Virus record (IMG/VR): IMGVR_UViG_3300021579_000001
Span: 2,404 to 66,403 of that record
Length of the DNA: 64,000 nt
Source of the DNA: a virus
Direction: 5' to 3' (one strand)
Part shown: piece after piece, positions 41,595 through 50,064 of the stretch
Layout: each line of letters opens with the position of its first letter
How positions within the stretch are numbered: position 1 is the stretch's first letter
Notes under the pieces: model-generated
Seen by the model: the letters and a program-made list of their open reading frames with translations, nothing else
Told to the model about the DNA's origin: nothing
Databases searched by the model: none
Position numbers and translations under genes: made by a program

Positions 41595-43697
41595 CTATGA
41601 TGAAAAGCCTGAACTTTCAATTGTGGCACCAGAAGTCAGTCCTGTTGAAATCACATACGGGGTGTTCACAGGGATAAACTCAGGAAGGCTAGTTACTAAG
41701 TTGTTTATTCTTGTTCCTTTTTTAGGGTACATGGTTGAAGTGCTGGCTCCAACAGTTCCTGACCATGAAGCACCTCGAGTACTAAACGAACCGTCAAAGT
41801 AGTCTGTAATGGTGTACCCAGGTTCTGCTTGAGCAGCATCAAACTGCAATGTTGGAGTTGAAGATGAACTTCCCACACCTTTTACCTGTACCTGTAGGTA
41901 CAGCGACCCAGTGTATGCTGGAACGTACACTGTTGAGGTATACCTAGCCCAAGAGGCAGTTACCCCACCTGAAGGGGTAAACGTTGAGGTTACTAGCACT
42001 GTATTGTCTGTGCTATCAAGGGCGCTGGTTACAAACGCTAACGCAGCAGTTCCAGTAGTAGTTTTAGCATAAATGCTAAACGTGTAGTACATGCCTGAGA
42101 TAACTGCATCGGTGTTTGCTGTAAGGGTGAAGTTGCTCATGTTAGCAGATGCCACCTGCAACATGTGGCTTCCGTCTAGGATGCCTGGAACAGTGGTTGG
42201 CGTTGGGTAGCTTACTGTTCCTGTAGTTCCTGCGATGGTCCAGTTAGTACCGTCAGGAAACGAAGAGTTTTTGATGTAGTTAATTTTTGAAGGAGCTAGG
42301 TAAATCTCTAGGCCACGTGGTTCATGGTATACAGTATTTCGAGTGTCACTAAGCAGAGCTAGCTGAATTAGGTCTATGTTGTAAGTTTTTGCGCTTGAAA
42401 ATGAAAACTGTAGGCTCATAAACACCGCGTTACTTGGCGAGGTAAACTGTTGTACTGTTCTACCCCAAGAAGTAGCCACGCTAACAGCTGTTCCTGTAGA
42501 AGAAGAAAGTACTGACCCTGAAAGGTCGTACCAAGTTGCCTGAGGGGTAACTGTAGCTCCTGTGCTGTTGGCCATGGTGTACCACGATAGTTGATACGCG
42601 GTACCTGCTGTAACTGGAACTGCAGTAAACTTTGTGGAGCTGGCCCCTAAGGTGATTACTTGGTTAGTTCCAGTGGTAACAACTTTTCCTGAGTACACGC
42701 TATTGACAGAGTACTTTTCACTCGTGACTGTGGCAGTGGCAGTATCCGCTGTAAGAGTCACGCCTGTTCCCGCAACCCAGTTGCCAACTGTTTTGTAGAA
42801 CGACCCATCCTGCACAGATAGCAGAAGATTAGGTGATACAGTGGCAGTAGTTGGGTACCCAGTAAGTGCGGACACATACGCTTGAGTTGCTGCCAAAGTG
42901 CCTTTATGCTTATAGATGAACGCAGCCTGACGAATTAGCTTTTTTTGAGTTTTGAGGCTAATGCCTGGCAGGTTAGGAAGCCCAAGTTGTTGCGCTAAAA
43001 CTGCTACGAAGTTTGGGTTTATTTCTCTTCCAGAGAACGCTTTTTCCAACAAGTCTGCAGACGTGGTGACCTCGTCTAGGGTGTACGAGAGACCACTAAA
43101 GAACTTGTAGAAGTCAGTGTCGGTATCAACTTCACCGACTGCATCTCCGTTACCGCTTGTGTACACTCTTGGGAAAAGGCTCATAAATTTATTTTCAGAG
43201 CTAGTAATCTCGACGCCTTCTGGGCTCATTACCCCATGAGGTTTAGGGATAACAATAGCTGCCCAAGAGGACAGTGACCAAGTCAAATCAGGGAATAGAA
43301 CCCAGAATGTATAGTATGCGTATTTCCCAGGGATTAGGGGTACTGCTCCACCAAAATCGGTTAGTTGTTGGTTAGTTGTAGTTGCAGTCTGTCCTGCTGC
43401 AGGGTACACATCTAGAAGGATTACTCCGTCTTCCTCAGTTTCCGAAAAACCCTCTTGGTTTCTTAAAATTCTAATTCCTAGAACTGTTCCTGCAGGGTCA
43501 ACCCAACTAAGCTCTACTGTTGGAAGAACGGTATTTACTGTAGCCCCATTGATTACGCTAGAGGTGACCGTATTGCTGATTGCTGTTGCAATGAATGGGT
43601 CAGCTGAGTAAGTTAGTTTTGATTGACTACCGTACTTAACCTGGGGAATTCCAGAAACTGTACCATCACTATATTGAAAAGTATTATAAATGCCCAT
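41595..43697 (-). CDS. Baseplate wedge/tail protein (gpI/gp7-like) with beta-sandwich carbohydrate-binding-like modules
   Basis: L-x-x-LA-x-QLG...IY-x-x-KGT; S/T-rich beta domains with DAAQAE motif. Confidence 0.75.
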   Translation of the reverse strand: MGIYNTFQYSDGTVSGIPQVKYGSQSKLTYSADPFIATAISNTVTSSVINGATVNTVLPTVELSWVDPAGTVLGIRILRNQEGFSETEEDGVILLDVYPAAGQTATTTNQQLTDFGGAVPLIPGKYAYYTFWVLFPDLTWSLSSWAAIVIPKPHGVMSPEGVEITSSENKFMSLFPRVYTSGNGDAVGEVDTDTDFYKFFSGLSYTLDEVTTSADLLEKAFSGREINPNFVAVLAQQLGLPNLPGISLKTQKKLIRQAAFIYKHKGTLAATQAYVSALTGYPTTATVSPNLLLSVQDGSFYKTVGNWVAGTGVTLTADTATATVTSEKYSVNSVYSGKVVTTGTNQVITLGASSTKFTAVPVTAGTAYQLSWYTMANSTGATVTPQATWYDLSGSVLSSSTGTAVSVATSWGRTVQQFTSPSNAVFMSLQFSFSSAKTYNIDLIQLALLSDTRNTVYHEPRGLEIYLAPSKINYIKNSSFPDGTNWTIAGTTGTVSYPTPTTVPGILDGSHMLQVASANMSNFTLTANTDAVISGMYYTFSIYAKTTTGTAALAFVTSALDSTDNTVLVTSTFTPSGGVTASWARYTSTVYVPAYTGSLYLQVQVKGVGSSSSTPTLQFDAAQAEPGYTITDYFDGSFSTRGASWSGTVGASTSTMYPKKGTRINNLVTSLPEFIPVNTPYVISTGLTSGATIESSGFSS

Positions 43698-43706
43698 GAG
43701 TTATTG

Positions 43707-44117
43707 TTACGCAGTCCCACCATCAAGAACTATGTACCCTGATTTATCAAAAGTAGTGTTACCTACTACAAGAAGGTTGCCTGTTCCAGAAGTTGATAAG
43801 GTGATTCCTGCGGTTGTCCCTGAAAGTGACAAGACGTTTGCACCTGAGAGCTTCATTCTGTCGGTGTAAGCTGTGTACAACCCTGTTTCAATGTTCTGAA
43901 TTCTGGCAGCTACAGACCCCCAGCTAGTACCTTGGGTAAACGAACCGCTACCCCAACTGGCGCTAGTAGTTGGCGCAGTGCCTAAAGTAGACTCAATAGC
44001 AGTAACTTCTACATAGACTAGGTTAACGTCGTTAGCTACAACTGTGCTAACATTGTCTGTTCTTGGGTACGTACCTGCAAAAGTTTGAACTGCACTTGGG
44101 TAAACTGCTGTGGCCAT
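43707..44117 (-). CDS. Tail/baseplate-associated protein
   Basis: S/T/G-rich; AGGAG RBS; context. Confidence 0.65.
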   Translation of the reverse strand: MATAVYPSAVQTFAGTYPRTDNVSTVVANDVNLVYVEVTAIESTLGTAPTTSASWGSGSFTQGTSWGSVAARIQNIETGLYTAYTDRMKLSGANVLSLSGTTAGITLSTSGTGNLLVVGNTTFDKSGYIVLDGGTA

Positions 44118-44139
44118 AATAGCTCCTAACTAATAACAA

Positions 44140-44161
44140 GTATGGCAAGTTTTTGCCATAC
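44140..44161 (-). terminator. Stem-loop after gp5-like gene
   Basis: GTATGGCAA-4nt-TTGCCATAC followed by TTGTTATT on minus strand. Confidence 0.55.
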
Positions 44162-44169
44162 AAACTTCT

Positions 44170-44466
44170 TTAACTGACTACTCCAGCGTCCATGGTTGGG
44201 TCAGGAATTCCTGGAACTCCTTCTCCAAACATCCCGAAGTACACTGGGTAAGAAGGGTCCCCTCCTTCAAACAACACAAACACTCCCTGCCCTATTTTAG
44301 GGGTCAGGTATGCTTCTGCAGGCCATGCCCAGTCGGTGGTTACATTACCAAAAACTTGTGGAATAGATAGTTTTACTCTTTTTTGAGAGTTAGGGTCGTT
44401 AACTTCGGCAATAACGCCTCTGTACACCCCAAAGAATCTTCTATTACCAAACTCGTCTTTAATCAT
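44170..44466 (-). CDS. Gp5/VgrG N-terminal OB-fold (short baseplate spike/hub protein)
   Basis: YRG-x-I-x3-NDP...RVK...WAWP...P-x-IG-x-x-V-x-V-x-FEGGDP-x-YPV. Confidence 0.85.
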   Translation of the reverse strand: MIKDEFGNRRFFGVYRGVIAEVNDPNSQKRVKLSIPQVFGNVTTDWAWPAEAYLTPKIGQGVFVLFEGGDPSYPVYFGMFGEGVPGIPDPTMDAGVVS

Positions 44467-46307
44467 TATCTAGTTACCGTGATTGTGTAAGTGTTACTAG
44501 ATAGACCGTCTGCACTGGTTACAGTTACTGTGATTGTGGTAGTACCTGTCGGTGTAGAAATGCTGCCACTAGCTACTCCAGAGGCAACGGTAGTTCCGTT
44601 GACCTTGATTACGCAAGTAGCATCCCACGCAGTTGGGGTAAGGGTAATAGTGGAGGTGGTTACCCCAGTCAGTGCGTAGTTAAACGTAGCAGAGCTAAAC
44701 GCTGGGCTAAATGTTCCAGAAGAAGCAGCCATAGTGCTTAGAGATGCAGTTGGGTAAACATCCATGTTGGCATCGCTAAACACGAAAAACTCTCCAGAAG
44801 CAGGTATTAGCACAGTTCTAGCTGCGCTGTTTGTTGCACGGTATAGGTACACTGCCTTCAAAGAAACGATTCCAGGAATTTGCATTAGGCTGGCTTCAAT
44901 TTGCTCTGGGTAAATAGTGGCGTCAAAATCTAGAGTGTTGTACCCAAGACCATAAACCACACCGTACTTAATGGCTGCTATCATCTGGTCATGCGTATAC
45001 GTTGGTAGCTTGTTGTATTGGACTGCAACTTTTGCGTCTATGTATGTAGGGGGAAGTACTGTCATTGCCACACCAATTTGAGTTTTGTCAGAGAAGTAAC
45101 TTGTAATAGACGCGGCTGTATCAGCACTTATTTTTGGGTAGTAGTCTGAGGATACATCCGATACAGTAGGCCCAACATAGAGTACGACTGAGTTAGGTTG
45201 CGTAGCTTTTGCGGAAGCTTTGCCTACGCCCGCTACTGACAAAGCCAAACTGCGGTAGTCCTCCAAAGACACCGCTCTACTCAAAGTCTTCAGTGATGCT
45301 GGAATGTTTTTTCTAATTGAGTCATTAGACTCAGGGTCATCTCCACCGTATGCTGCTGCCGATGAGGCCATGTCAACACTAGGGAACCCAGTGGTTTGCA
45401 CACCATTGTTGGTAGGAATCGCAGAAAGAGTAAAAGTCTGACCTCCAGGGATGTTACCTACTAGTCCTCCACCAGTTACGTAAGCTGTTTTTATTGTGTT
45501 TCCCAAAGTAGGGATTGCTCCTGAGATGCCATCGCCAAAAACTACGTAAACAATGTCATTACTGTCAGTCTCTGTAGTGTACACGATGTCGTTAGGACCA
45601 TAATCTCCTAGGTTGTCCACTTTCGTCCATAGGACAAACCCAGACCCATCGTATACATACACTTCTACTGACGACTCAACTACAGGAGTATTTTTCAGTG
45701 CAATTCTCTGATTGGAAAGCCCTGTGCTGTGCCCAAGTAGCTCCCCAGCAATGTCCGTTGCGTCAGTGGACGATGCTCCATTACTTGGAAAATTTGTGAC
45801 ATTTCTTCCATGAGTTGCAGTCCCTGTAACTGTTCCTGCTACAGTACTGCTTGCTGCAATAGGAACCACAATTGTGTCGGTAAGCGTAAAGTAAAGAGTG
45901 GTTTGATACGTACCCGCATAAACGGTGGTTAAAACTTCCGTTCCAATAGGCAGCACTACGCTGTCGGTAGTGCTGTAGTTAGTAAAAGAAATGGTAACAG
46001 TAGCCTGACGGTACCCCGCAGGTGCGTATCCGTAAAGTTGGGCAATGTCTAAAAGGCTCTGTCTCTGAATTGCAGTAGCCAAAAATCCCTCATTAGCTAC
46101 ACGGTCGATGTAGTAGTTGCTAATGTCCCCAACGTGGGCAAATGCTTCTACGATAGCCACTCCGAAGTCAGAAGCATCGGTACCGCTCCAATAGGCTCCG
46201 CCTGGGGTGTTCACACGTGCCTGCACACGAGAAATCAAATCTCCACGCAGAGAGTAGAAATCTCTGTTGGTGTAGTTGATTGCTGTTGGAATGTTATTTA
46301 CAGCCAT
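44466..46307 (-). CDS. Baseplate wedge protein (gpJ/gp6-like) with C-terminal cadherin-like beta sandwich
   Basis: INYT-x-RDF-x-SL, GY-x-P, FGDG-x-x-G-x-IP, GG-x-D-x-ES, RAVS-x-x-DY. Confidence 0.92.
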   Translation of the reverse strand: MAVNNIPTAINYTNRDFYSLRGDLISRVQARVNTPGGAYWSGTDASDFGVAIVEAFAHVGDISNYYIDRVANEGFLATAIQRQSLLDIAQLYGYAPAGYRQATVTISFTNYSTTDSVVLPIGTEVLTTVYAGTYQTTLYFTLTDTIVVPIAASSTVAGTVTGTATHGRNVTNFPSNGASSTDATDIAGELLGHSTGLSNQRIALKNTPVVESSVEVYVYDGSGFVLWTKVDNLGDYGPNDIVYTTETDSNDIVYVVFGDGISGAIPTLGNTIKTAYVTGGGLVGNIPGGQTFTLSAIPTNNGVQTTGFPSVDMASSAAAYGGDDPESNDSIRKNIPASLKTLSRAVSLEDYRSLALSVAGVGKASAKATQPNSVVLYVGPTVSDVSSDYYPKISADTAASITSYFSDKTQIGVAMTVLPPTYIDAKVAVQYNKLPTYTHDQMIAAIKYGVVYGLGYNTLDFDATIYPEQIEASLMQIPGIVSLKAVYLYRATNSAARTVLIPASGEFFVFSDANMDVYPTASLSTMAASSGTFSPAFSSATFNYALTGVTTSTITLTPTAWDATCVIKVNGTTVASGVASGSISTPTGTTTITVTVTSADGLSSNTYTITVTR

Positions 46308-46711
46308 TAGACTTCCTTAAATGGTGCGCTACCGTTTAGAGTTAAATCGGTAAGAGCGGTAGTAACTTGTTTTTTGTTCGGTAGGCGGTAAGTTATCGAC
46401 ACTTTGACACCGTTGATACTGGCATCGTAGCTACCGTCTACAGACACCAAGGTCAAGTCAGGTAACCATCGGTGAAAGGCAGAAGCCACATAGTCAGGGA
46501 TTTTGTCTAACGCATCATCTGCAGTGAGGTATTGCGCGGTGTATATCTCTGACCCAAAATCTGCAAGCATAACTCGCTCATTTAAGCATGTTCCTACAAC
46601 AGAAAGTACTTTGTCTTGCCAGATTTTTGTTTGGTCGGTAGCAGTAGCTACTGTTCCTTGGTATGAGATAGAGAACGGGTAAGCAATAGTTGTTTCATAG
46701 AACTGTGTCAT
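46307..46711 (-). CDS. Baseplate gp25/gpW-like protein
   Basis: T-x3-ERVM-x-x-DFGS, W-x-P-x-L. Confidence 0.85.
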   Translation of the reverse strand: MTQFYETTIAYPFSISYQGTVATATDQTKIWQDKVLSVVGTCLNERVMLADFGSEIYTAQYLTADDALDKIPDYVASAFHRWLPDLTLVSVDGSYDASINGVKVSITYRLPNKKQVTTALTDLTLNGSAPFKEV

Positions 46712-46715
46712 GAGG

Positions 46716-47993
46716 CTACTTTCTAGCGTAAACCCAAGTGGCAGGAGTTCTTGCCCATCCTTGGTTAAGCTCTGAGTGAAGTTCAGTTAAAACTTTTAAC
46801 GTGTAACTGTTATGGTTTGTAGCGTTAGGGTTTTGACCCCCATTGTTTAGCGCCTCGGTCAAGTTTACCACTCCAGCAATACTGTTTTCGGTTATGCGCA
46901 CGTACGCATCCCCGATTGTGCCGTTACCATCAGTGGCAATGTCCAAGTCTACTTGGTAATTGTGGTTACTCGAAAAGTGATGTACAGCTTTGTGAACTAT
47001 CCAAATTCCATCGTTTAAATCGCTAGTTCCTACCACTGCAATCGGATTGTACAAGCGTACTCTAGGGTCACCTTGTCCTTTAAGTTTCCCAGGGATAGAG
47101 AACCTAGAGTGATGTGCAGCACCTTCAGCTAATAGTTTCGCTATGGAAGCAGAACTACTCACGTGCTCTTGGAAGTTATGCGAGAAGAGCACATCGCCAA
47201 CATTAGCCCTAGTAGGCACTCCCAGCAGTTTAGGGTTCGCAGATGCGGACACTTTACCTACGTCTTTGGGGTTCACTCCTCCTGTGGTTTTTTCTGAGCG
47301 AACGTAGTTACCGTATTCAACGTACTCTCCGTTGTAGACTTGCATCCAGTCCAGGGTTCGGTCTTCTTGCATGTTGTTTATGCCAGTACCTTTACCAAAC
47401 ATAGTGAATGTTGGAAGGCTAGTAACTCCTGCATGGATTAGCTCGTCTAAAGGTCTAAACATAAACGTTAGACCATCGACCATTACCCCATAACCGATTT
47501 TTCTTGCCTGTTCTTGAATCCATTCCCAGTAAGAGTGATTTGCGATTATCACCTGGTCAAAAACAATACCGTTATCTTCCCCATAAAACTTAAACCCAAA
47601 CTCTTCCACAATCGTCTTTACTATTGACGGAATGGACTGGTTTACAAATACCCTTGAGACGCGCTCCTTTAGAGGGAAAGTAGGACCTATACAATGCACC
47701 TCCATAAGTTCCTGAAGTTGCCCTGCAGTGTGTGTTGTTACAGAAGACACATACCCCACCCAGTTTCTTGCGTAAGGTCCTTGAGTGATGTTTACCTCGA
47801 TAGGCACTCCAGTACGGAGAGTTTTTATCCAAAGTGGGTTACCAATGCTGAACTGAAGAGTTAGCAAATCATGCATACCACGTTCTTCAATTAAATCGAT
47901 TTTGGTAGGCTGAAGTTTAATGGATGGAACTGTAGGGAACCTAACCACCGTGTAGGCACTTTGCCTGGATTTTCCTAAAGAGTTACTGGGCAT
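46716..47993 (-). CDS. Baseplate hub (gp27/gpD-like)
   Basis: S-x-W-x-x-I-x-x-x-A-x-x-x-G, G-x-G-x-P-x-x-R, G-x-W-x-V-x-x-x-x-H; context. Confidence 0.8.
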   Translation of the reverse strand: MPSNSLGKSRQSAYTVVRFPTVPSIKLQPTKIDLIEERGMHDLLTLQFSIGNPLWIKTLRTGVPIEVNITQGPYARNWVGYVSSVTTHTAGQLQELMEVHCIGPTFPLKERVSRVFVNQSIPSIVKTIVEEFGFKFYGEDNGIVFDQVIIANHSYWEWIQEQARKIGYGVMVDGLTFMFRPLDELIHAGVTSLPTFTMFGKGTGINNMQEDRTLDWMQVYNGEYVEYGNYVRSEKTTGGVNPKDVGKVSASANPKLLGVPTRANVGDVLFSHNFQEHVSSSASIAKLLAEGAAHHSRFSIPGKLKGQGDPRVRLYNPIAVVGTSDLNDGIWIVHKAVHHFSSNHNYQVDLDIATDGNGTIGDAYVRITENSIAGVVNLTEALNNGGQNPNATNHNSYTLKVLTELHSELNQGWARTPATWVYARK

Positions 47994-48264
47994 TCGCTAA
48001 AACCCTCAGCAACGTACCTGGAGCAATGTTAAACGGGTCAGTGATTTCTGGGTTAAGGTCCATGATTTGCCACCAGCTATCCTCAGAGCCGTGTAGCTTA
48101 CGGGAAACAATATCGATACGGTCTCCTTCTACCCAAGTGTACGTGCTAAATCTGGTCATTAGGGTGGGAAATACGCGGTCTACAGCAGTTTGAACTACTC
48201 CAGACAATGGCTGGGCAGCTTTGTAGTACCTTCCATTAGCGTATCTACTATCTGAAAATGGCAT
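47983..48264 (-). CDS. LysM/gpX-like baseplate protein
   Basis: EGDRID-x-VS-x-K-x-x-G...WW-x-I-x-x-x-NP. Confidence 0.85.
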   Translation of the reverse strand: MPFSDSRYANGRYYKAAQPLSGVVQTAVDRVFPTLMTRFSTYTWVEGDRIDIVSRKLHGSEDSWWQIMDLNPEITDPFNIAPGTLLRVLANAQ

Positions 48265-48267
48265 TGG

Positions 48268-50064
48268 TTACTCCAAGTTTCGCATTAAAGAGGTTCTACC
48301 ACTTCCCCCATTTCGGGAAGGGTTGTCGTGCTGTTGATTCCATGTGGTTAGTAGTGAACCTGTTCCATTAATCTTAGCCTTACCGAGGTAAGGCTCAACA
48401 CGACGAGCAAAGGTGATACTAATGTTAGTAAATAGTGGCACCATGTTTTCCCCAAAAATGGTGTGGGTAACATTGAAATCAAAAATAGTGCCGATGTATC
48501 TAAGCTGTTTACCTAAATGAAGCTCCACAGGAATACCCATTAGGAATCCAATGTCCGCGGTGTACCTACCCCGCAACTCACTAAACTCTCTAAACCCGAT
48601 AAGAGTACTCAAGAGGTACTCCACGTCGTACATGGTTCCCAGCTGTTTAATAGCTTTAATCTCGTTAAGGTGGTCTACGCTAGGCTGAATACCATAAATG
48701 TCATACAAGTTTTTTTCAACTTCAACAGGCCCTAAATCTTTAATAATAGCCATGTCGGCCATACGGTTGATAATCAAGTCAAACTGAATAAACGAAGTAG
48801 TCTGCGAAGGAGTAACGTATGGAGATGCGTCTTTTCCTGACATAAGCAGGCCAGGGTCAACCTGGGGCGTTCCTCCCCAACCCATAGTAATTGTTCCAGG
48901 ATTGTACAAGAATTGGAACCCATAACGGGCAGTCTGGTACCCTGCACTGTTGTACCAATCAGGTACGTTCGGGTCAGTGTACTTACCCGAGTTAGTAGGA
49001 AGTTTAGACTTCCAGTAAGAGTATGTTTGTAGCATGCCCTTATGGGAGCCCTTGTTGGCCCCAACCCAAAGCTGGTTAGCGGTCTCTACCATTCCAGCAG
49101 AGGCAGGACTTCCACCCTTATTCAATAGGATTTTATCGTGGTAGTCAACACTTGCATTATTGAAGTACGCCCATTTAACACTAGGTAAGTTGTACATAAC
49201 TGGAGTTTTGTCAGTAGTGATTTTGGCAGCATCAGGTTTTGGGGTGTTATTCCCTCCGCCACCATTACCTGACCCACTACCAGTGCCACTTCCCGAACCT
49301 GAGCCTGAACCGCTATCTAGTCCAGATAGTGTTTTCAACTGCTGAAGGTATGCTTTTAGTGCGTTTAGTTTAGTAGCGGTACCGTTGTACGCATTTAGCT
49401 TATCCCTGTAGATTGTGCATTTTTCTTTGGTTACTGTAACTCGGGTTACTGCGTTACTAGGAACAAGTTTTAGGCTAACTACTGTGCCGTCTCCAATGCT
49501 TACTGATGGGTTCACATCTGGAGTTACGGAAGCAATAGTGGCTGTAAAAGTGTATACACCACTTCCACCAACGTTATAGCTGGTGCTTGTAACCTTCAAA
49601 AGGCCGTTACTGCCCGCAACGTTAAACTGGTCTTTATAGACCGTGTAAGGAATATCAAGTTTAGTTAGTTTTGGGATGTACACTGTATCGTTTACAATTG
49701 GAAGTACAAAGACTGCGGTTGCAACAGCATCATTAGGGGAGATTGTGAAAGTTCCTACAGTTCCTACCTGCTTGTAAGCAGTGATTTTCATAGTTTGCAT
49801 TAGTCGGTACGCGTTAAACGTATCTAGACGAGCTTTTGTAGGAGCGGCAACGTTTTTATCGTACCTGTCCACTTCTTTGGTAAACCATGCGATTTCTTGC
49901 GCCAACCAGTCCGCAGACTTTTGTTTAGCAGTTTTGGTATCAGGGTGATGTGCATCATATCCTGTGTCAAACGTTTTCATAATAACGTTTTCAAACGTTT
50001 GTAGCTCACCTTTTACAAATGCGTTCTTAGGCGCAGGGATTCCTTTAGGAGAATATTTACTCAT
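48268..50064 (-). CDS. Tail tube initiator-like protein with long N-terminal extension and G/S linker
   Basis: FQFLYNP-x-x-I C-terminal domain; GSGSGSGSGTGSGSG linker. Confidence 0.65.
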   Translation of the reverse strand: MSKYSPKGIPAPKNAFVKGELQTFENVIMKTFDTGYDAHHPDTKTAKQKSADWLAQEIAWFTKEVDRYDKNVAAPTKARLDTFNAYRLMQTMKITAYKQVGTVGTFTISPNDAVATAVFVLPIVNDTVYIPKLTKLDIPYTVYKDQFNVAGSNGLLKVTSTSYNVGGSGVYTFTATIASVTPDVNPSVSIGDGTVVSLKLVPSNAVTRVTVTKEKCTIYRDKLNAYNGTATKLNALKAYLQQLKTLSGLDSGSGSGSGSGTGSGSGNGGGGNNTPKPDAAKITTDKTPVMYNLPSVKWAYFNNASVDYHDKILLNKGGSPASAGMVETANQLWVGANKGSHKGMLQTYSYWKSKLPTNSGKYTDPNVPDWYNSAGYQTARYGFQFLYNPGTITMGWGGTPQVDPGLLMSGKDASPYVTPSQTTSFIQFDLIINRMADMAIIKDLGPVEVEKNLYDIYGIQPSVDHLNEIKAIKQLGTMYDVEYLLSTLIGFREFSELRGRYTADIGFLMGIPVELHLGKQLRYIGTIFDFNVTHTIFGENMVPLFTNISITFARRVEPYLGKAKINGTGSLLTTWNQQHDNPSRNGGSGRTSLMRNLE